64,000 nucleotides of DNA from Candidatus Nanoarchaeia archaeon. Its GTDB lineage: Archaea; Nanobdellota; Nanobdellia; Woesearchaeales; JACQSR01. Shown in pieces: positions 56,931 to 64,000 of the stretch. Position 1 is the stretch's first letter, and each line of letters opens with the position of its first letter. Location of the stretch: positions 6,418 through 70,417 of the forward strand of contig DATDYF010000037.1 in NCBI GenBank assembly GCA_035289105.1, given 5' to 3'. Below the pieces are notes generated by a model, which saw only the letters and a list, made by a program, of their open reading frames with translations, had not been told where the DNA came from and ran no database searches. A program made the position numbers and the translations under genes.

Positions 56931-57971
56931 TTAGCCTTTAGACGATTCAATAAACCCATCAATAAGCCCAAACAGCTTTGAGTTGTCTTCCCTCTTAAAC
57001 TTTCTCAAATTTTTTCTGTAGCTCTCCAGGTTTTGCAAAAACGCAGCTAAATCCCCCATTCCAATCTTTTCCCCCGATATGCCGTAACCCAGCTTCTCGA
57101 CATAATAGCCATTGATTATCTGCTCAAACTGGTTTCCGATAACATTGCAGAATATCGGCTTCCCAAGGTAAATTGCCTCGCTTATCAATGTAAACCCGCC
57201 GTTTGTGATTACCGCCTTGCAGCTTGCAAAATCCCTGTAAAAATTCTTTTCATCAATCTGCTTGAATCTAATGTTCCCCTCTGTTGGACGTTCGCCAAGC
57301 CCGTAAACAACAAACTTTTCATCAATGCCTTTCAGCGCAGGCAGGAGTTCAATATTGCTCTGAGAAGTCTGGTAAACAAGCACGTGGCTTCCATATTTGG
57401 TCCTTAGGGCCCTTATATCATCGCGAAGTATCGGTGGCACGAAAAAAAGGTTTTTTGTTGTTATTTTGTTGAAGAAAAAGGTTGTTGCAATGTATATATC
57501 CACCCTTGGGGCAAAAAATTTAACCGCTCTCTTGGTAAAATTGAAAAACCACTTATGCCGCTTTTCTACTTCAATATTTGTGCCTATTAATGCATGCTGG
57601 TTGTCAATGCTTATTGTGGGAATTCTAAATATATTCGCCCAGTAGGTTATGCTCCCCTCAAAATCCGAAATTGCAATATCCGGCCTGTCCTTTATCATGT
57701 AATATGCAATCTTTGAGTTGTATAAGCTCATAAATGGAGTATGCAAAAAACCTAAAAGGAGGGAAAGAAAATGATTTGCCCTGTTGCGCAGGTAAATAAA
57801 ATGGTAATACTGAAGATGATGCAAATCGTATTTTCCTTTAAAAAACTTATAGGCCTTTCCTCCTGCAAAAACCCTGACATCGTGCTTCTTCGACAGATGC
57901 TCCAAAATAGGCTTGCTCCTGATTGCATGCCCCATCCCCTCTCCGTTAATCCCGTAAAAAATCTTTGCCAT
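56931..57971 (-). CDS. Glycosyltransferase (GT1/GT28, MGT/UDP-glucuronosyltransferase-like)
   Basis: N-terminal 'GINGEGMGHAIRSKPI'. C-terminal nucleotide-sugar binding region 'ITNGGFTLISEAI'. 346 aa. Confidence 0.78.
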   Translation of the reverse strand: MAKIFYGINGEGMGHAIRSKPILEHLSKKHDVRVFAGGKAYKFFKGKYDLHHLQYYHFIYLRNRANHFLSLLLGFLHTPFMSLYNSKIAYYMIKDRPDIAISDFEGSITYWANIFRIPTISIDNQHALIGTNIEVEKRHKWFFNFTKRAVKFFAPRVDIYIATTFFFNKITTKNLFFVPPILRDDIRALRTKYGSHVLVYQTSQSNIELLPALKGIDEKFVVYGLGERPTEGNIRFKQIDEKNFYRDFASCKAVITNGGFTLISEAIYLGKPIFCNVIGNQFEQIINGYYVEKLGYGISGEKIGMGDLAAFLQNLESYRKNLRKFKREDNSKLFGLIDGFIESSKG

Positions 57972-57974
57972 GTT

Positions 57975-58631
57975 TCAAAACTTGAGAAAGTTCATTGTCT
58001 TTGCAACGTCTTTCGAGTCAACAACAAATAATGTGTCAGTCCAGCAGGATAAAAGCTCTATGATGTTAACATTGTTCTCCGAAAAAAGGGAAGTTAAGAA
58101 AGCCATCGTGCCCGGCGTGTTTTCAATCTCTTTAGTCGTTTTTATTGTAATAAGTGCAAGATTCTTAGTTTCTTTAATGATGTGCGAAATAAAAAAGTTT
58201 TTCACAAGCTCGCTGTACTTCTCCTGTATGAGGAGCGTATAATTATTTGAACCTTCTATAAGATAGAACTTATCCCTTTCCTTCATCACTTTTGACTGCA
58301 ACGTGCCGACTTTCTCAAATCCTATCTCCTTGTCGAGAACATACACAATTATCCTGTTTTTAATCTCAAGCTCGGATTTTGACAAAAGGTCGCGTATTTT
58401 GTTTTCATGCGAAATCTCTTTCTCCAGCTTCTGGCTTAACCTCCGTGCAGCCACAAGGATAGCTTCCACAGAAGTCTTTTTCTCAATCTTCAGCTCCTTT
58501 GAAATCAGCCTTGCAAGAGAGGAGTAATTAATCAGCCCCTTCTTCAGGCAGCTTTTAACATCGTGGTGCTCCATTACGTACTTGTTCGTCAGCTCTGCTG
58601 TTGTTTCTGCCATGGAGGGAGGTATTAACAA
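57975..58631 (-). CDS. Hypothetical regulatory protein, possibly with ACT-like C-terminal domain
   Basis: 218-aa ORF. Weak resemblance to COG2150-type ACT regulators. Confidence 0.4.
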   Translation of the reverse strand: MLIPPSMAETTAELTNKYVMEHHDVKSCLKKGLINYSSLARLISKELKIEKKTSVEAILVAARRLSQKLEKEISHENKIRDLLSKSELEIKNRIIVYVLDKEIGFEKVGTLQSKVMKERDKFYLIEGSNNYTLLIQEKYSELVKNFFISHIIKETKNLALITIKTTKEIENTPGTMAFLTSLFSENNVNIIELLSCWTDTLFVVDSKDVAKTMNFLKF

Positions 58632-58694
58632 AGAATATATAAATATTACTAAAATGTCCTAAAAAAGACAGATATGTTTAAATGTATTATGATA

Positions 58695-58852
58695 TGCACC
58701 GGCTGGGACTTTCGACATATGAGCGATTTGGGGGATACGAGCGAAGCGAAGTATCCTCCGATTCTCTTTGCTCATTTCTCGGATACGAGAAATGTTTCGA
58801 ACCCAGGCCAAAAGCTTGGAAGGCTTCTATCCTACCGCTAGACTACCGGTGC
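58695..58852 (-). tRNA. tRNA-Gly(UCC) with an 87-nt non-canonical intron in the T-loop (59/60)
   Basis: Minus-strand read is GCACCGG-TA-GTCT-AGCGGTA-GGAT-A-GAAGC-CTTCCAA-GCTTT-TGGC-CTGGG-TTCGAA-[intron 58709-58795]-T-CCCAG-CCGGTGC-A. Acceptor and T stems are perfect. U33 and A37 are present. Anticodon is UCC. Confidence 0.65.
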
Positions 58853-59110
58853 ATGAAGGGAAAGAAAAAGGGGCGATTTAAAAAGCAATCGATTTTAACT
58901 AACTTAGACAACTATTTACTCTAAACTATATACTCTAGAATAGATTTATTTATACGCCTCTTTCTTTACTGAAAGGATGCATGGGAAGAAAAAGGATTTT
59001 AACCGAAACAGACGAGCAAGTCAAAGAAACGCTGGAAAGGATTGACGAGTTAATCGAAAGAAACAAGAGATTACCCCTTCTATTTTGATTTTTTACAGAA
59101 ACAAGGCAGA

Positions 59111-60133
59111 CTACATTAAAAAACTCCTCAAATTCCCCAAAAACCTCCCAAAATCCTCTGCCTTGACATTGGCTCCGCATGCATTCTCATGCCCTCCCCC
59201 ATAGCCCTCTATTCCAACAAGCGATTTCTGGAGAGCATTAAGTATCGGCTTGCTGCTTCTCAGGCTCATTCTTATTTCGCCGCTCTTCTCCCTTCCGACG
59301 ATAACAATTTTTTTGGGATATCTGTACAGCAACTCATTCGACAATTCGCTGGTAAAGCTCCATTTGTCCGCCTGATAGGTAAAGACAATAAATTTGTCCT
59401 TTCCAGCCTTCTTTTTCGCTTCCTGAAGCAGATCTTCATATTTCTTTTCAATATCTTCATATCTATTCTTTAAGAACTTAGACTGTGCGGTATTCGCCTC
59501 CAAAATCTCCTCAGGCCCGGAAATCCTTGAAAGCACTTTCACAGAGACCATGACATCTTTTGTTGGCCCCTTCAGAAGAAAAGAAAATATCCTTGCTATC
59601 CTCCCAATTTTAGTGTCGAACAATGCCTTTCCCGGACTAATCTTTCCAATTTTGAAATCTGGATATTCTTTGTTAAATTCCACAATAAAGTTAGGTATAT
59701 GCCAGTCCCCTACTGTTCCTACAGCCCCAATCCACGCATCCTGCTTTACTGCATTATAGCAAATGCTTGATGTCGGGTCATTCGAAGCAGGGCTTTTAAT
59801 CATGGGATTGATGCATGTTACCCTATTCAGCTCAATAGGCTGATGATGGTCAATCCATACAATTGGGACATTTACCCTCTCAACAAACTCCTCAAGCACA
59901 ACTGCAACATCCAGAACAAACACCTTGTCAGGCCCGTATTCCTCCACTCTCTCGGCAAATTTCGCATCAAGCCTCGGCACAGTCTTGACTACAATTCCCC
60001 TTCCCTCTTTTTTATATCTGTAAAGCAACAGGAAAGAGCACAGCCCGTCAGGATCATCGTCAAAGAAAAATAAGGGCTTTGAGCATTCATCAAGCTCTTT
60101 TCTTATTCTCTCATAATCCTTCTCTGTCAGCAT
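59111..60133 (-). CDS. DHH-family phosphoesterase (NrnA/RecJ-like)
   Basis: 'FFFDDDPDGLCS' (DHH motif I-II region). 'WIDHHQP' motif. 340 aa. Confidence 0.78.
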   Translation of the reverse strand: MLTEKDYERIRKELDECSKPLFFFDDDPDGLCSFLLLYRYKKEGRGIVVKTVPRLDAKFAERVEEYGPDKVFVLDVAVVLEEFVERVNVPIVWIDHHQPIELNRVTCINPMIKSPASNDPTSSICYNAVKQDAWIGAVGTVGDWHIPNFIVEFNKEYPDFKIGKISPGKALFDTKIGRIARIFSFLLKGPTKDVMVSVKVLSRISGPEEILEANTAQSKFLKNRYEDIEKKYEDLLQEAKKKAGKDKFIVFTYQADKWSFTSELSNELLYRYPKKIVIVGREKSGEIRMSLRSSKPILNALQKSLVGIEGYGGGHENACGANVKAEDFGRFLGNLRSFLM

Positions 60134-60134
60134 T

Positions 60135-60392
60135 TTAGATTTCGTCTTTTCCTGTCTGGAGGTTCTTTATGTGGATGGCATTCACTGGGCATGATTTGGC
60201 AGCCTCAAGGTTCTTCTCAAAGTCCTTTTCCTCAATAACTATTGTCTGGATTTTATTGCCATTCTCCCTTGCCCCGCCTATGATGTCCACTTTGCTGTCA
60301 TCCACAAGCTTCCAGAAGTCCTCGGCGCAAGCAACACAGCTTGCAGCCCCAATGCAGGTTTCCCTGCCAAGGGTAATTTTGTATTTTGCCAT
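60135..60392 (-). CDS. fdx: Ferredoxin (single 4Fe-4S cluster type)
   Basis: 'CIGAASCVACAED' ... 'CPVNAI'. 85 aa. Start abuts the stop of the upstream DHH gene. Confidence 0.72.
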   Translation of the reverse strand: MAKYKITLGRETCIGAASCVACAEDFWKLVDDSKVDIIGGARENGNKIQTIVIEEKDFEKNLEAAKSCPVNAIHIKNLQTGKDEI

Positions 60393-60517
60393 TAAACCCC
60401 CAAAAGAAACGCCCCTTTTTAAATATTCTTCTCCCTTTTAAAACCCTTTTAAGGCAATTTGTAACCACCTTTAAATAGTGAAAAAACGAAAGGTTTAAAT
60501 ACCCTAATTACCTTATT

Positions 60518-61699
60518 TTGCCTATGGCCAAGAGGGCAAAGGATAAGGGGGGTTTGGAAGGATTAGTAGCTGGAATAGACAGGGCTAAGCGGGCTTTTGA
60601 GCCAGGTCTCGATAAATTCCTTCTCTGGGGAACGGCTAACGCAGGCGTTGTTTATGGCGCTGCTGAACTTATCGACAGATCCGACCTTTCGGATTCCACC
60701 AACGCTCTTATCATGATGGGCACGGGATTCTTGATTGGAGCAGGTAATTATATTGCGCTCAAATCCAAAAGGACATCACTATTAAGAAAGGTTTTAGGCA
60801 GGGCCAACTCCGCTCTGGATAAAATCAGGCCTTTGTCTTGGATAAAGACTGGAGTTTTTGCCGCTTTATTGTATCATTGTGGTTCTCATTTGGGCCCCTA
60901 CGTTAGTGAGGTTGCTGAAGACATCAATTCAAGAATAAATAGGCAGGCGCATGTTGAGATGGTCAGCAGGTTGCCAACAAGTCAGCCTGGAAAAGGAAGG
61001 CCAGATGTGTACAACAACTTAGATTACAATTCTCTTATCGAGTATGATTTTAGCAGAGTAAAGCTTGCCGATAAGAATTCAACCATCGGGAGAATTCAGA
61101 GAACTTTGAGATGGTTGCCAATATCTAGAGCCGTCGAACAAAAATATGGGATCCCTAAAGATGTGTTGGCTGGCATGATAATGCAAGAGAGCTATGGCGA
61201 CCCTGTCCAGCCTAATGCGGGCAACGACGGAGGCCTAGGTGTCGTTCATATACAGGGAAATGTCGCGAAGATATACGGACTGGATATTCATGGAGATTCA
61301 CACAAGCCAAACGACCCAAGCCACGGCAAGCAGCTAAAAAAAATGTTGGAGCAATGCCGTTACGATCCTAGCCGCATCCAGAAATATGATGAAAGGGGGC
61401 ATTTGATAAAAGTGCTGGATGCAGCCGCACGCATAGTTGCAGAGGGAGCATCAAAACACGGCAACTGGACCTATGGCGTTGAATACTATCGCGGTCCCGG
61501 TCATGTTGGAAAAAATACTGGCTGGAGATATTATCATGCAGTTGAAAAATGGAGGAAAGCCATAAACAACCCAAAAAGCTTGGGCATGGCTGTTGCAGAT
61601 TTCGAGAAGAGAAATGGATATGCTTTGGACGATTATGTGGCTAAATGGAATGCCATGAACAATAATTGGGGGCTAGCAACCTATAAAGGTTCAGGTTAA
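60518..61699 (+). CDS. Lytic transglycosylase (SLT/lysozyme-like) domain protein
   Basis: SLT-like 'AGMIMQESYGDPVQPNAGNDGGLGVVHIQ'. N-terminal hydrophobic segment. 393 aa. Confidence 0.58.
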   Translation: MPMAKRAKDKGGLEGLVAGIDRAKRAFEPGLDKFLLWGTANAGVVYGAAELIDRSDLSDSTNALIMMGTGFLIGAGNYIALKSKRTSLLRKVLGRANSALDKIRPLSWIKTGVFAALLYHCGSHLGPYVSEVAEDINSRINRQAHVEMVSRLPTSQPGKGRPDVYNNLDYNSLIEYDFSRVKLADKNSTIGRIQRTLRWLPISRAVEQKYGIPKDVLAGMIMQESYGDPVQPNAGNDGGLGVVHIQGNVAKIYGLDIHGDSHKPNDPSHGKQLKKMLEQCRYDPSRIQKYDERGHLIKVLDAAARIVAEGASKHGNWTYGVEYYRGPGHVGKNTGWRYYHAVEKWRKAINNPKSLGMAVADFEKRNGYALDDYVAKWNAMNNNWGLATYKGSG

Positions 61700-61700
61700 T

Positions 61701-63554
61701 ATGAACAGCACAATAAGCCAAGGATTGGGAGAGCCTATTCATAGAATGCCTTTTCCTAGCCAAAGCTATATTGCAGGCCAACCACGCAGAATGTACTTAG
61801 GCACTGCAGGGTTGGGCAGCAAAGAGTCTGGCAATCAAAGTTTGGAAAGAATTGCCCTAGTAGCAGCTGCTTCGCTTTTGCCGCCTGCTGCATTTGCGCA
61901 GGAAGTAGCTGTTGTTGAGAATATCCCTGACGATCATGCCTCGATAAGTGGACAGGAAAGCCTTATCGAAAGAATGATAGAAAAAGCAGAGATAAGCGTG
62001 GCAGAAAAAAACCTTCTCGTAAATCTCCGCGAGCCATACATGTCCGTAATGAAGAGGGTCCATAATACCTCGGACGCTATGGAGGTATTGGCAGTCATGA
62101 TGGCCGATTCTAACATAAATTTTGCAACTGAAGAGCGAAAAGACTTCATAGCAATGTTAAGGGGCTATTACAAGGAAAAAGGCGAGAAACTTCTTGATAC
62201 ATACCACCAATTCAAGAAAGATTTGAATTTTTCACCGCTTCAGACTTTCATAGCAGCAGATACAGAAATCCACGGCCACAATGAAAACACCCTTTCGAGG
62301 TCAAAAAATTTCGACTCCACCCTTATTCAATTAGGAAAAATAGAATCCAAGTTTGAAATGCTCTATCGTGGAATCTCAGAGCCGAAGATGACCATTACAC
62401 AGGAAGAGGAAAGCGTCGCCACAGTTAAACCCAGTTATTTCTATATTCAGGTTGCAGCGTATGACGAAAATAAGGCGGAAGATGGGCTTAAACTCCTTCA
62501 TAAGGGAGTTTACAATGGCACCCTTAAATCAAAAAGCCAGATTTACAAGAATGGAGACAATAAGGTTGTTTCCCTAATTGGGCCTTTCATAAAAACAGAC
62601 GAAAAAACAGAAGATAGTGACCTTGCAAAGGCGGTTGAAGAAATATTCAAGTCTGACGAAAAACTGGGCATTGAAACTCTCTGGGTTGTTGAATTCTCCC
62701 CGGATGGAGACCCCCAAAAAAAACACTGGAGATTAAGGTTTGACAGGAAAGATTACCAAGAATCCGAAAATGATGTCTCCGAAAAGCCCGAAACTAAAAA
62801 TCCTGTAGTGTATAAAGACGCTTTAACATGGCAGGAACTTGAAAAACGCGCTATGCAGGAAAAAGCTCAAGACGGAAGGACTATTTTGGACGTAGTTATC
62901 GAAAAATCAAACAAGCACGAGATTGACCCTCTTTTAGTATTATCTTTAATTCAGGTGGAATCAGGATTCAACTATAATGCCACGGGGTACAAATTAAGGA
63001 AAGTTGGCGCTTCAAAATCAGGAAAGCCAATTTTTGCTTATGTTGTTGATGAAAAAGGGGATAGGATTAAGACAGCAATGGGTTACATGCAGATAACACC
63101 CGATACGCTTTATGAGACTTTAGGCATAAAATATGACGGTAGCCTCAAGGCAGAAAAAAAGGTCCGCTCAATTGAGACAAATATCGAAGCAGGGATAATG
63201 TCTTTAAGGTCTATGTACAATAAAATACCGGTAATTGCAGGCGTTACTTCGAAGGGTCTGCTTTTGCATAACGAGCATGGAAATCATTCACCTGACGATA
63301 TTGAAAAAATAGCAATTGCCGCCTACAACTGCGGTGCAGGAAATACAAAAAGAAGAACAGGCGTCTATGGCGCCATCTACAGGGCGCATGCTGAAACAGG
63401 AATAAACCCGAAATTAGGAAAAACATTAAAGGTAAAAACAGATGATATTCTTAACAATTTGCCTCCAGAATCAAAGAGGCACGTGGATAAGGTATTTGCA
63501 CAATACGAACTTCTAAAGGAAACCGCACCTAATAAATACCTCACATCCCGTTAA
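61701..63554 (+). CDS. Lytic transglycosylase (SLT) domain protein
   Basis: 'LSLIQVESGFN' and 'MGYMQITPDTL' and 'AAYNCGAGN' are the three SLT motifs. Starts 2 nt after the upstream gene. 617 aa. Confidence 0.68.
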   Translation: MNSTISQGLGEPIHRMPFPSQSYIAGQPRRMYLGTAGLGSKESGNQSLERIALVAAASLLPPAAFAQEVAVVENIPDDHASISGQESLIERMIEKAEISVAEKNLLVNLREPYMSVMKRVHNTSDAMEVLAVMMADSNINFATEERKDFIAMLRGYYKEKGEKLLDTYHQFKKDLNFSPLQTFIAADTEIHGHNENTLSRSKNFDSTLIQLGKIESKFEMLYRGISEPKMTITQEEESVATVKPSYFYIQVAAYDENKAEDGLKLLHKGVYNGTLKSKSQIYKNGDNKVVSLIGPFIKTDEKTEDSDLAKAVEEIFKSDEKLGIETLWVVEFSPDGDPQKKHWRLRFDRKDYQESENDVSEKPETKNPVVYKDALTWQELEKRAMQEKAQDGRTILDVVIEKSNKHEIDPLLVLSLIQVESGFNYNATGYKLRKVGASKSGKPIFAYVVDEKGDRIKTAMGYMQITPDTLYETLGIKYDGSLKAEKKVRSIETNIEAGIMSLRSMYNKIPVIAGVTSKGLLLHNEHGNHSPDDIEKIAIAAYNCGAGNTKRRTGVYGAIYRAHAETGINPKLGKTLKVKTDDILNNLPPESKRHVDKVFAQYELLKETAPNKYLTSR

Positions 63555-63590
63555 CAACATTTTAATACCCGGAATCTTTACCTTCATTAA

Positions 63591-64000
63591 TGCCCGCCTG
63601 CCTTATCTGCAAGTCTGAAGTTCCTCATTATCTTGAAGACAGGAGGCTTTGCCAAAAGCACGCAAAGCAGGAGAATGTGCTGAATCTGAAAAATCAATTA
63701 TCCGACAAGGATTTCCATTCATCCTCGGGCTCTGTGTTTGTGGGGAGATTCAACTATCCGAACATCAATGTCGGCATCCTTGCGCCTCCAGTCCTTTCAG
63801 AAAACAACTGGCTTCACGATGCTCCGGATTACTGGTCTTCCCGTAATTTTACTATCTCGAGCATTGTTGACTTGCGCTCATCCCTATTAAATAACCGCTT
63901 TCAGTCAAATGTCCTTGATGCAAGAAAATCATCTAAACTACTCTCCCTCTCCCAGGAAATTTCCATGGTGGAAAAGCCTGCAGAAATTGAAGTCAGCTTG
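63591..64000 (+). CDS. Hypothetical protein with N-terminal zinc-ribbon (CxxC..C..H). 3' end beyond the window.
   Basis: ATG at 63591. Frame stays open to the window end. 'MPACLICKSEVPHYLEDRRLCQKH'. Missing from the ORF track because it has no stop. Confidence 0.45.

Noticed and set aside
58682-58924. Plus-strand ORF of 80 aa
   Set aside because: It spans the minus-strand tRNA-Gly and its intron. No coding signal.
58981-59088. 35-aa plus-strand ORF (MGRKRILTETDEQVKETLERIDELIERNKRLPLLF) preceded by a TATA-like sequence
   Set aside because: Plausible small protein but with no supporting motif or partner. Mentioned only.

Overview
Archaeal window, probably from a small-genome DPANN-like lineage. 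Supporting evidence is an archaeal-type family B DNA polymerase, a GatD/GatE pair, CDC48, archaemetzincin, TATA-box promoters about 25 nt upstream of leaderless starts, and intron-containing tRNAs. Housekeeping genes include polB, pyruvate phosphate dikinase, gatD-gatE, a serA-serC operon with a distant SerB-like HAD phosphatase, malate/lactate dehydrogenase, TatD, a DHH phosphoesterase, ferredoxin and an Lrp regulator. These are interleaved with strongly accessory material. The central feature is a 13 kb gene (25419-38453) encoding a 4344-aa secreted giant surface protein. It has a signal peptide, a parallel beta-helix, three CGDGIDND Cys motifs, an array of about 11 novel C-x9-C hairpin repeats, TSP3-like and MopE-like Cys-rich calcium/metal repeats, a CarboxypepD_reg-like domain and a C-terminal TM anchor. 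It is preceded by two small ORFs that echo its N-terminus and start context, and is followed immediately by an RND/MMPL exporter. Other notable items follow. Two tRNA genes (Arg-CCU on +, Gly-UCC on -) each carry a long non-canonical intron in the T-loop. Three diverged copies of the gatE 3' end and two copies of a HAD-gene 5' end bracket cargo genes, the signature of integrated elements. A roughly 140-bp hairpin-ended MITE/PATE-like element is present in two copies, one disrupting a relE toxin gene. The same hairpin plus T-tract terminator is reused after three genes. There is dense toxin-antitoxin content: Doc, orphan UPF0175, RelB plus broken RelE, PIN, two paralogous NTase-HEPN pairs and an NTase pseudogene. 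A 756-aa protein carries degenerate LAGLIDADG motifs and HTHs. Two adjacent lytic-transglycosylase (SLT) domain proteins occur, which is unusual for an archaeon. No CRISPR array or rRNA is present.
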